NCBI GenBank assembly: GCA_001949185.1
Contig: BDGG01000004.1
Span: forward strand, 2,009,620-2,073,619
DNA: 64,000 bases
Direction: 5' to 3'
From: Ramazzottius varieornatus
Lineage: Eukaryota > Animalia > Tardigrada
Numbering within the stretch: the stretch's first letter is position 1; each line of letters starts with the position of its first letter. The translations under genes and the position numbers were made by a program. Below the pieces are notes generated by a model. It had not been told where the DNA came from, searched no databases, and saw nothing but the letters and a program-made list of their open reading frames with translations. This document shows positions 53,301-64,000 of the stretch, piece by piece.

Positions 53301-53605
53301 CGCATATATGTGCGTCCTATGCATTCCGAGCCGTTGCTTCACCTCGTGTCATGATTTCTCAACAGCGCTATGTGGGTTCGCCAACTTTTCGTCAGTAGGT
53401 ATTCAGTTAGCGAATTTCAGTGTGATGGCTCCCGGCAGGAAGAAAGATATCGTCTCTATCGTACTTAAAGCGTTACTCGCTGGGTTCTTGGCCAATGTGC
53501 TAACGGCGTCGGTGGCCGGTAAGATCTATCCAGTATCGGTGTTTTGACAACGAATATTCACAATTCTTATACAAGATTGCCTCCCCAGGTCTCCTGATTG
53601 GATAG
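50338..53605 (+). CDS. Concentrative Na+/nucleoside cotransporter (CNT/SLC28 family)
   Basis: FSQNPGRINWRIVVSGLGFQFVFGLIVLRW, GSDFVF, LGTTACESISAAANVFLGM|TEAPL, VMSGGFATISG, LLAASVMNAP, LAFLMGV, KTFLNEFVAY, YALCGFANFSSVGIQL. Confidence 0.93.
52108..52313. mobile_element. Intronic MITE, 206 bp, perfect TIRs and TA target duplication (Tc1/mariner-type)
   Basis: TA-CTGTATTACCTCTAAGGTTTCGCGCAGTCACGTGA ... TCACGTGACTGCGCGAAACCTTAGAGGTAATACAG-TA. The 35-bp inverted arms are perfect. Confidence 0.85.
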
Positions 53606-53964
53606 CGGAAGTCGATCTGGCTGAAGATCTTAATGAGCTCTCAAGAGATTATGGTCTACCGGATCTTTAGCCGACACAGTCGTGCTTATGCACTCCTTTC
53701 GATATATCTTCGTTTTACGCTGTGTCCTTGACCTCACGGTCAAATTCCGAACACGCACTTGAGGTTGGGATACTGACTGGAAGTCGGACTAATGGGACTG
53801 AGGTGAACGCAGCCATGCTCGGCTAGTGAACAAGTCCTCTGGTCCATCGCGTCGACCCCAAACAACCAACCTCGAGCGATGGGCCCCAAACGCCCCGCGC
53901 CGCTACCGATCGCTCGAGAAACCAAAGAAGCAGCGAGACAGAGATCCGACAGTAAATAACCGAG

Positions 53965-55920
53965 TCAGATTAGATCACAGGTTATTTGCCACTGCGAAAC
54001 ATCAATGGCCTCATCATAATCGGAAACGCTGGCAGTTGAAAGTTCTATAAGACTAGGGTTAGAATTCTCGAGTTCGGTGCGAAGAACCACTAGATGTTGA
54101 GTAGCGTCTCGCATGAAAGAGTCAACGGATGGTTGTAGGCTTCGGAACCTTGGCAAATCGCTGCGGCTGACTGCGTCGGCGGCTCCATTCTGACGGCCAG
54201 GAATATGAATGATACGCACGGTATAATTGCCAAGTGCGGCTTGGAGGTGAATGCGACGAATTAAGTCTATGAAGCCGCGGTGTGCGGAAGACTGTTTCCT
54301 CCAAGCTAGTACGATAGACTCATTGTCCGAATGGAATGTCAGTCGGAGAGTTGACCAAGAAGCACCCCATAAGGAACATGCCAAGTAGACAGGCACCAAC
54401 TCCATCCATGCGATGGGAGGCGAGGGTTGAAGGACCACTCAGGCCAGAGCACTTGGCACCACTGGTCCCCGAAGATGGCCCGCAACCGATTGCTCCAGAG
54501 GCATTGGTAAATAGATCCATACTCGTAGCGTCGGTCCAATTAGGTGAGAGAAACGACGCACGACCGTTCCACTGTGAATTCTTTCCACCAGTCGAGGTCG
54601 CCAAAAAAAGGCTCGATCCAACTTAATTTTTTGGTCGAGGCGTTTAGCTGACTTAGCGAGGTCCAGTACTCGTCGAAGAAAAATACGACTAGCAGGAATG
54701 CACTTGGTACACCAGCTCAACCGACCGGCTAGGCTAAGAATATCCCGCTTGTACGCTTCAGTACGGTTGGCGAAATATGTGAGATAATCAAAAGGATCTT
54801 TAATTTTGGATGTTGGTATAGACATTGTAAATTCTACTGTGTCTAGAGTGACACCAAGAAACTCAAGACGGGTGGTAGGGAGGACTGTCTTCTCAGGATC
54901 CAGTGGAACTCCGAGGTGTTGGCACAACAATTTCGTGAATGACAGTGCGGCGTTACACACATCAGACTCGGCTTTTCTGACGAACATACAGTCGTCCATG
55001 TAATGAAGGACGTACGGATGACCATTGTGCTTGAGAAGCCAGACGAGCAAGAGAGACAGCTCATTGATGATCGCCGGAGAAGACTGACCGGAAGGGAGGA
55101 CCCGGTCGAAATAGTACCTGCCATCGAAATAGAAGCCCAGCAAATTCCAGTCAGGAGGATGTACAGGAATAAGACGGAAGGCTCCCACCAAATCCGTTTT
55201 GGCTAGCAGACACGATCGTCCAGCTTTGATTATCAATGCAACAGCGTCGTCCACGTTACAGTAGTTAAGGGTGTAGTCAGCCTTAGAAATGTAGTCGTTA
55301 ACAGAGAGATAGCGAGGTCGTGACAAATCCATAATCATTCAGCCTCCTCCTGTCTTCTTTGGTCGGAGACCCAATGAAGACGTGACGAAGAACGGGAAGG
55401 GAGAAGAGTCGAAAGGACCGACTGAGTGGTTAAGCTTAACCTCTTTAGCGATCAAACGGGCGGCAATATCCGGGTGGGCTCTAGTTGTCGCAGCATTCGG
55501 TGTACTACGTTGCTGGTTAGGGCCCTGGTAACCGATATTAGAACCATGACGAAGAGCATGCAAGAACTGGTGTATGAAACTCTGGTCTGGATGATCTTTG
55601 AGTTCGATTGCGAACTGAGTTGCTGGCGACTGGGGTATTTCCGAAATCCGACCAAAATGCGACCATGATTACTTCTTAGCCAGAAGTAACCATGGGGTCA
55701 AGCAACCACCACAGTCCGGACTAACGGTCACAGGGACAGCGTAAACTTTAATTGTACACTTTCGGCGTAAATTGTCCTTTTGCTGACGGTTCGCGCCAGA
55801 TTCGTGGACCCGACAGGGGACAAGATATACATGTTTGCAGACGCACCTTATTTAGGTCTCAGAAAAACTTGTTTTTGAAATTGTCTTTTCCAAAATCGCA
55901 TTCGTTGCGAACAGTAATAT
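53965..55920 (-). mobile_element. Degenerate tyrosine-recombinase-class (DIRS/Ngaro-like) retrotransposon remnant: RT + RNase H
   Basis: RT motifs KTDLVGAFRLIPVHPPDW, YYFDRVLPSGQSSPAI, LHYMDD and EKTVLPTTRLEFLGVTLDT. RNase H motifs FTNASG, IAWMELVPV, FHSDNESIV and HIPGRQNGAADAVSR. There is an in-frame stop near 55339 and frameshifts near 54600 and 54440. No recombinase ORF was seen. Confidence 0.8.
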
Positions 55921-56367
55921 CAGAGAGACTAGAGGGGGTAGAGGAACGCGTACGTACGTCACACCAGTCTTCCAATGATAAAGTCATTGCCGGACTAGCG
56001 ACCATAAAAGGTCGAGGTCAAATGGATGACCTTGGATGACCTTCAGCTGCTTGGACAAACCGACAGTTCAGCCTTACCTGATAGATCGAGTCGTCTACCG
56101 CTTCCATGTTTTGCGCCTCTGCATCATATACAGCGGTTCCTCTACCTCCTCTAATCTCTCTGGTAATATTAACATCAAGTGGCCATCGTGAACTTGGAAT
56201 TTCGGAAATCTGCTTCCGCTTCGTAGCAAACGATAGTATCCTGTCTTCCCCATGCAACTCAGTACTCGCGCTTTCGATGCCACTTCTGGCGCTGTGTCCA
56301 TCATGTGCTACTGTACACACTATACACTGTACGTCATGTTATGCCGTATGACACGTTCTCGAACTGA

Positions 56368-58653
56368 CAAGGGATTTACGCTAGTCTGTCCACTCTGATC
56401 TTCAAAAATACGACAGTAAGATAGAGAAGAGTTTGCTCCACACACTGAAATAGACTGAATCGGCGGAATAAAATCCTTGAACACACCGCAGGAAGCAGAA
56501 GTTACGTCAAAATTCAGGGCGGATCGTCACTGTGATAGCAAATCAGCCGATTTGATTGACTACTGGTTGACTTCATATTGATTGATCCCGCTTCATTCCA
56601 GCTTGGTTGATTTTGATATCCATTAACTCTGGAGTAAGAACAGAAGCTGGTGAAGTATCTTACTACAATGTTTTGTATTGTTAACGGCAATGGTACCTTT
56701 GACCAGTGTCTCCAGCTGCTTGTCAGCCTCGCTCGGTTGATCGTTCAGTTGGAAGAGCCGCTTGTAGTCGTGCTCCAGCAGCTTCGGAACATTCAACGGA
56801 TTGACGGATCCATAACGGCCACGTGTAGAGATTACTCAGCAACGGAACGAAGAAGGAACAGGTATAACAAAACAGGTTGTGCTCAGCTGAACGGAGAGTG
56901 CAAGTGCAGCGGGATCAATCAATATGATATCAACCAGTAGGCAGTCGAATCGGTTGATTCACTATCACACTGATGATCCACCCTGAATTTTAACGTCAAT
57001 TCCGCTCCCAGCGGTGTCTTCCAGGATTTTATTCCGCCGATTCAATCTGTCTCAGTGGACGGAGCAAACTCTCCTCTATCAGTGTGGGTTGACCATAGTG
57101 TGAACTGTGCATAGAGCAATAATGACGAAAAAGTCGAACAACGGTCTGAATGCTGACTAGAGTAGGGCAAAACAAGCCCGACACGCCCATGGGATCGGAT
57201 GAAGTCACGTTTTACTAAACAATACATTGTAAAACAGGCAAAAGAATGTGGGAAATGAACCTAGTTCAGGGGACGGTATCACAGGTGAATTCTATCCTCA
57301 GGTTCCCTAAAAATTTTTGATTCTTTGGGTTTTGAGAGAGTTTCAGCTTGAGTGCGACGCTTGGAGTAGAAATACAACCGAAGTTTGAGGAAAAACTGGG
57401 CAAGTCTGAAGATCACGTTTGAAATACCGCAAGAACAGTCTACAGAGCTGAAATTCTCTTTTTCCAAATCGTGAGGATTTTTTCCGAAGCGATCGCGGTG
57501 AAAGTCATGAGAGGGTGTCCTAAAATAGTGTCATCGAAGTTTGACCAGAAGATGTTCTCGATATCGCGAATGAATGAAAGGAAGGACAGCGTTCCATAAG
57601 GCAGCTCACCACGGTCCAGACGCTCAAGCCACTTTGCGTTTGTGCAGGAATGAGTTTCGGGTTTACTAGGAAACTGATTTATTGATGTTTGAAAAGGAAT
57701 CCAGCTCTAACTTGGACGGTTGGGGAACCGCCCAAACTCGACCCGCAATTGTAAAGAGTATTATAACCTCGGGGCACCGTGTTTCTTGGATTACCAACCC
57801 CCGAGATGAACTGGAAAGAATTATTAATGAAGTTGTAAAAACGAAGAGACATCACTTACTTTCTTCGCCGCGAACTCCATCAGACCTGGAAAATAATTTT
57901 ATCGGTCAAAAGATATGTTTCCACCAATCAAAACACTGCCGGAACCATAAAGCTCCGGCCCACCGTAATGTTTTGTGGTGCGTGTGAACTCAGGCTTTAT
58001 AGCGTTAGTGCGACAAGCACATGCGTACACTGCACATACACAAACAAAAACAGATAGTACGTACGCCTAGCTGTCATGCACCAGCATACATGCACCATTC
58101 GGCGGCGCGACATGCATACAAACAGGTTAGCGGGATATGACTCGGTTTAGATGTCCACTAACCGGCAACGGAAACACCCACAGAGCGGAGCAGAACAAAG
58201 GGAAGACTCTAAGGAAGAGTCAGCAACAGACAAGAGCGTTGAAGGTGATGATGGGACGAGTTGAGGCTTCCACAACAAGCCTGCAAGAAACAGACGGTTA
58301 GCCAGCAGATGGTCCACTCTTCGCCGTCAAAAGCTCGAACCAAGCACTTAATCGGTAAACAGAGGCAAAGGGATACCGGGGGAACAGAGGACGAAGATAG
58401 CAAGGGATGCCGGAGAGCAAGAAGATCTCGTAACCTGCCGGCAATCTGATGCAATAAACCCCAGCGCTAATCAATAATCAAAAACCTAACCAAACCTATC
58501 GGCGACATAGCTTTGTTGCTGTGTTCGATGAAAGCTGGAGTTGATTTAGCTGTTGATTGATAGAGCATTTTACACTATGGTCAACCCACACTGCCTCTAT
58601 CTTTCTGTCGTATTTTTGAAGATCAGAGTGGACAGACTGGCGTAAATCCCTTG
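56368..58653. mobile_element. Non-autonomous DNA transposon (2.3 kb, CAAGGG TIRs) containing a decayed P-element-like transposase C-terminus
   Basis: TIR CAAGGGATTTACGCYAGTCTGTCCACTCTGATCTTCAAAAATACGACAG(T/A)AAGATAGAG occurs at both ends, with TGA on both flanks. The minus strand at 57279-57645 reads KWLERLDRGELPYGTLSFLSFIRDIENIF...FFLKLRLYFYSKRR. Confidence 0.75.
56421..57079. mobile_element. Nested foldback element with about 170-bp inverted arms, inserted into the left TIR of the 56368-58653 element
   Basis: 56421-56592 is an imperfect reverse complement of about 56908-57079. The host TIR resumes at 57080 (CAGTGTGGGTTGACCATAGTGT), matching the intact right TIR. Confidence 0.75.
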
Positions 58654-59025
58654 TGAGCGTTCATGTGTCTGTGACGTGTCCTCTCTCTCGCTCTTTTGCC
58701 CTATTGAGACCATTGCCAGCTGGAGCCTGGAGCACGTTACCGACATTTTCCCTTTCCAGTTCATTTCCTTCTCTCAAGCTGCTAGCTTCTGGATTTCTCT
58801 TCCAGCAAGCTCTCGCTGGTTTGTAGTGCTATTCCAATATCGGAGCTCGTTAAAGGATTGCTGGCCGATAAGCTTCGAAGGATTACGTCACGAAGGTAAG
58901 TGTTAAGATGCTAAACTAGACTCCCCCATCACTCTGTCTCGCTTCGACGCTTGCAGTTGGAATGTTGAAATGCTCTATAGTTGCGTTTGTGGCATCTGAT
59001 ACTGGTGTTAAATCTCGTAGGAAGA

Positions 59026-60092
59026 ATGAGCCGCAATAGACCTAGTGCACCTCCAGCAGCGCCCAGCCCAATGGAGAAGCTGCAGCAACATCCGTTGGTG
59101 GCGAATCTCAAGGATAAGGCTGTCCATCACAGGAACGAAGTGGAGAACTGGCTTCGCAGTGGGGATAACTTTCTTGCTCCCTACATGACAACGTTGGAGG
59201 GAAAGACAGGCGTCAACCGTGTCTACATATTCTTCGGCACGGTTTTTACCCTTTAGGAAAATTGTGTACTGCTACCATGACCAGAAAATTTTCTGGGTGA
59301 AGAAATCTTTGAGTCCATTAAACAAGCTAATGAAGTATCAAATTCCCTGTGCATATCCTTATATCCAAAATATTCATTTTTTCTGTTCCCGTAGGTCTTG
59401 TGGGCCTCTTGACACTATATCTTCTGTGGGGACCGAACGCCGGGTTTTTGAGCCATGTCATCGCTTTCGCGTACCCCGCGATTGCTAGGTGAGCTCTAGC
59501 TGCTTCGTGCCGCCTTAACGCTCCGTGGAGTCTGAACCTTGTTGTCTCATTTCAGCCTGAAAGCTCTGGAGACGCGCCAAAAAGACGATGATACCAAATG
59601 GCTGACTTACTGGGTGGTCTTTGGATTTCTGGGCATCTTCGAGTGAGTTTTTACCTGGCTTAGTTCACTTCAGCGTGACACTGTCTAATTGTACTACTTG
59701 TCTGCAGGTTCTTCGGAGAGTACTTGCTGAACTTCTTACCGTTCTACCACGTTGTCAAAGTGAGTATCGTCTTTCGTACAAAAAGCCTTTACTTACCCGA
59801 TATGCAAACTTGTTTTTCGGTACAGCTGGGGTTCCAAGTTTGGTTGATGACTGACGGTTCCTTGTTCTTCTACTACCGTGTCCTGCGTCCACTGGCCGTC
59901 CGCTTCCTCCACATCGACCAAGGATCGTTGAAAGGTACTCATTTCCTGTACTAGCAATCTTGATCGTGCAGACCATCCACTTATGCTGGTGGCGTTACAG
60001 GTCAAATCAGAAACGCCAGAGACACGGCCACATCCTTCGTCCGTGAAACCGAGACGCGCGTGCGACAAGATCTCAATAACAAGATGGAATGA
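59026..60092 (+). CDS. REEP5: REEP5/DP1/Yop1 (TB2/HVA22 family) ER-shaping protein
   Basis: LEGKTGVNRVYIFFG, VIAFAYPAIAS|LKALETRQKDDDTKWLTYWVVFGFLGIFE|FFGE..LPFYHVVK, GSLFFYYRVLRP. Confidence 0.9.
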
Positions 60093-60677
60093 ACGATAGT
60101 GCCACGACATAGTACGTCTAGACGTGGGTCATGTTACAAAAAGATTACATCGAGTTTCCCTTTTTATTTTTACCTTCCCATCTCTTTTTTTAAGTTCCTC
60201 GTACTGTGCTTCGTTTCGTTCCTCCTGCATTACCGCGCATCTCGTTTCAAGGAACTTCATCTCACTTTCTGTGTTCTGTTCATTCATCGATACGTCATGT
60301 TCTCGACCAGCAGCTAAAAGAACTTACATGCTCCAACAATATTGGAGCATGTTGGACCAACATCATACCTGAGACTAAATCATCATACATCATAGATATA
60401 CCGCAAGAATAAAAAAAGGACTCTGTAAAAGACGTCAACGTAATTGAAGGCAACATCTTTTCATCTTTTCAGTGACACATTCAAAACAGGAAGGAAGGAC
60501 CGGCTTTTCCCATTTCTGAGTTTGCAGGAAAAAGTACTACTTCAACCACGCCGGTCCAATAAAAAATCATAACGTAAGTATAGCCACTCTGCAAAGATGA
60601 GCCGGACGATTGGTGCAGCTGCGAATGTCAAAAACCTTTTCGCTGTAAGGGAAAATGTCTCCAGGAAGACAAGCTTT

Positions 60678-62814
60678 TCAAAGTTCGTCGCGTTGCAGTA
60701 AAGTATATCGGTTCCTCGATGGTGCTAGCTTCTTAAATGTCGATTCTGGTGGCGAGATGGAGTTCCCTCCGGCCTGTGCCCTCTTACCCTGGTCGCCTGC
60801 CTGTACCGGGATGTGCTCGCCGGTCTACAAAACAACAACATAATTGTCAGGAATTCGTCGACCTCTTCGATCACGAGACGAGCGACTTGTGAAACGCAAC
60901 AGTACATACCTTAATTGCGCTGTCCCCATCTCCTATCGTTTGAATGGTCTGAGGCTCATTAGGATCGAATCCGTAATGGAAAACGCGATGAAGTTTGCCG
61001 GAATGGAGATCATCGATGAACTGTTTTAGTTTACCGGGTATCCTAAAATAATGGGAAACACCATTGACAACTTCCGTCACCCTTCTGTTGCAGGCTGAAG
61101 AAACTTACGTGATGTCGTTGAAGTTCGGGAAGAGGTACATATGTCGGAAGCTGTCGATCGCGATAAGTGGAAGGTCGGCTTGCGACTTTCCCAAGTGAGC
61201 CAAAGGATGAGAAAACTTCTCACCATCAGCAAGAAGGAAGTTTACCGTATCTGCAAAAGCGGAGAATAAAATGACCATACCCGAGAGACGAGATACCAAT
61301 ACCGTACTTCGCTCTCCGAGAACTTGTTTGTTGATCTCTTGTTTGAAAATTTCTGCTGACTTCAGATCGTCAGCTTTGTGGAAGAGTATTACGAACGGAA
61401 GACCTTCTTCGGTAAGCTCCTGCAACGACCATGTGTTCAATATCTGAACCGTAACAGCAAGACATTCGTGGAGAAGATAGCTAAGGCAAAGAAACCGAGG
61501 GCGTTACCTCTGCATTTTCGAAAGTGATCTCGCGAACTAACGGCACACATCGGTCGTATATCCACTGGTTCAGAGCATTGTAGTCTTCTAGCGGTCCGTG
61601 GTAAATATCTTCGTTGAATTGCTGTTTGACACAAACACAAACTGTTAAAAACAAAGGATGGAACAACGTTTACTCTATCGAATGATGTATTAATACATAC
61701 ATTTCCCACCGCCTCCCGGAATACGACCGTATCGCCTTGCCCAGGACGGCTCGCTGGTCCCGTAGACCTAATGAACAAAACTTCGAAATGGGCAGTTTGG
61801 GCGTACGAAAGTGTACGGTATGATCTATCTACCCAAAAATGACGTAAAATGGGCATTCGTCCCGAAGATATGACGCCATTCGCTGCACGTTGTGCCAGTA
61901 CGGTACCTGGGCGCTGGCGAAATGGAGGTACACCGCACGCTTCTTTTTATTCTATAAAAAGGTCAACGTTGAAAAAAACGTCGATGCGGTATTTTACGAG
62001 TTCATTTGACGCAATACCACGACTCTACTTACTTCCGGTGTTTCATTTTCCTGTACGCTTTTGATAGGGAGGATAGGGTCTTTCAGCTGTTCATGTAGAT
62101 GCTGAAGGAAGGCCTCCTGAGTTCTCTGTCCGCGGTATTCCTTCTTGGCTACCTGTCCGCTTCGCCATAGTTTCAGTGAAGGATACTTGGAGATATGGTA
62201 GGCAGCACAAATATCGGCTGCAATAAAGCATGGAATTACAAAAATCAAGAGGGACAGCTGGTATGGGACTTCAGAACATCTTATACCTTCTTTATCACAG
62301 TCCACTCTTCCCATCGCGATTCTATTAGCCTGCTGCAAATTTGCAATATGTTAATTAGAAGTTCGCGAATAAATAAACATGCGTTGCTTACTGGGTACTC
62401 GGATTTGATCTTGGTGGCGGTCTGCTCAAATATAGGAGCGAGCATCCGGCTGAACTTGCACCATTCCGCATAGAAGTTGACAAAAACGACATCGTTCTGA
62501 GCTACAGAGGTAAGAAAGCACATCGATTTCCGTAATTCAGACAGTATGCTCCTGAATTTCGGGTCTTCACAAATAATCCGTAGATACACATACCAACTAC
62601 AGAGTCAATGTTGTCTTTTTTTATGTCGATGACAGAGTCAGCAGCACGAGTCGTCCCGAAGAGATACAGTGAGGATACCTGAAAGAGATGAACAACGTCA
62701 CAAGTTGTCAAGCACTAGAGGAATGAGTGTGGGTAGCAGCGATCGGGATTCAGTAGAACAACTTACCAAGAAGATATGAAGATACGACACCCATCCCCGT
62801 CCTTCCCACATCAT
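60678..62814 (-). CDS. ERP44: Endoplasmic reticulum resident protein 44
   Basis: Signal-like N-terminus, VFVNFYAEWCKFSRMLAPIFE (CxFS motif), ISKYPSLKL, CVPLVREITFENAE|ELTEEGLPF, PLIAIDSFRHMYLFP, PGKLKQFIDDLHSGKLHR, C-terminal RYTLLQRDEL*. Confidence 0.96.
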
Positions 62815-63465
62815 GAATCCGACAGCCAACACAAGAAAACAGCTGCTGCCCCAGTACTGCAGGTAGGTCCCGTGGGGCGGATACTGGACACAGATACAGC
62901 CCGCTGGTCCGGAAGCGGATCACGTTGTACAACTTAGCAACACCTCGTCCCATTCACTTGCTCCGAAGTCCGATGAACTAGGTCGGCGTGCTCCACGGAG
63001 TTGGCAGCTCGAGAGGCTCCTCGGATCTCCTCCTGATACGATGTCCTTGTCCACGATGACCGCAGGGCAGAGACTACGGATGACACAAGTCCAGACCAGC
63101 CGATGATCCAAAGATGCTGAAGCTGACGTGGTACAGACCGGATGCAGGTCGAGTCATACTCGTACAGAACACTTCTAAGTTCTAAGCCAGACTGTCAGAG
63201 ACATGGAAATTTGAATGATTAGAAATACGCTCCTGACGTCACAAGATCATGAGCCTTTGATCGCTTGATTGACAGATCAACTTCTTCTGGAAACCGAAAG
63301 TGAACGAACTTCAAAAACAACAAAGCACCGAATCGCAAAGTTGGCAAAGTGTGTTGGTTTCGAAAATTCACAAATGACAAATCTACGACCGTGCATCTAG
63401 CTTTTTCCAGCACTCCTCCTCGTGAATACGTGAGCCTGAGCGTGTTGCTGCATTTCCGTCCTAGG

Positions 63466-64000
63466 ATGTTGTCTCTTGGTACTCTACACCAGCAAAAGAA
63501 AATCTCGTTGCAGGCGCAAGAAGCGGAAGCGCATAGCCTGTTTCTTAGAGTGATCGACCTAATACGTTCCAACAGACTGGTGGACCAAGTAGAAGCAATT
63601 GCATTATGCGGCTCCTGTTGTTCGCGCTTCCAGTCACCCGTGATCGTCAATTCGGCCTTCATGCGAATGGCAGAAGCTTTTCGCAATGGTCCCAGTATGC
63701 TTCGGATGGAGATATTGCGTGTGATACAGCGGAGTGCAGAAGTAAGTTAGCTTGCTTAATATCTAGACTGACCATATTCCCTTACACAAAATATTTTGCA
63801 GCACCTACCGAAGATCCGAAACTACACGGATTTTGTCAGACCAATCTCCGAGGTTATTTACAGCAACGATCCGGATGCACGCGCCGTTACACTGCGGCTA
63901 TTGGCTGCCATTGCCGTCTCTATTCCGAACCAGTTAGACGCTCACCATGCCGTGCGGATGGCACTACAGTCCAACGACAGTACAGAACTCCAGGCAGCGC
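63466..64000 (+). CDS. INTS7: Integrator complex subunit 7, 5' part (runs off the window)
   Basis: PVIVNSAFMRMAEAFRNG..LRMEILRV..|HLPKIRN..VIYSNDPDARAVTLRLLAAIA...AHHAVRMALQSNDSTELQAA follows the INTS7 N-terminal pattern (INSAFLKLADVFR..HSNDPVARAITLR). Confidence 0.88.

Noticed and set aside
1-64000. CRISPR arrays, prokaryotic operons, horizontally acquired genes
   Set aside because: No repeat-spacer arrays were seen, and all recognised genes are intron-containing metazoan types.

Overview
This is eukaryotic (animal) DNA from a gene-dense genome with short introns (mostly about 50-150 nt). A tardigrade-like compact invertebrate is a guess from gene style only. About 21 protein genes could be rebuilt by hand from GT-AG exons. 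In order: unc-13 (3' part), endophilin B, CTL/SLC44 choline transporter-like, ACADM, a DUSP-fold pseudophosphatase, TMEM216-like, ferritin, an APE1/ExoIII-family AP endonuclease, UNG, RBM22, GAR1, HSD17B10, dynamin, four secreted Gly/Tyr-rich genes, a CNT/SLC28 transporter, REEP5, ERp44 and INTS7 (5' part). The window also holds tRNA-Ser(GCT), several MITEs or non-autonomous DNA transposons, and a decayed DIRS/Ngaro-type retroelement. The most notable observations are: (1) a cluster at 40.5-48.2 kb of four unrecognised secreted Gly/Tyr-rich proteins in two divergent pairs, three with furin-type sites, which is a candidate eggshell, cuticle or adhesive system; (2) a head-to-head pair of consecutive base-excision-repair enzymes, where the AP endonuclease has altered catalytic motifs and UNG looks dual-targeted; (3) a run of 12 genes that strictly alternate strand as six divergent pairs. 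All homology calls come from motif recognition without database searches, and exon boundaries are manual.
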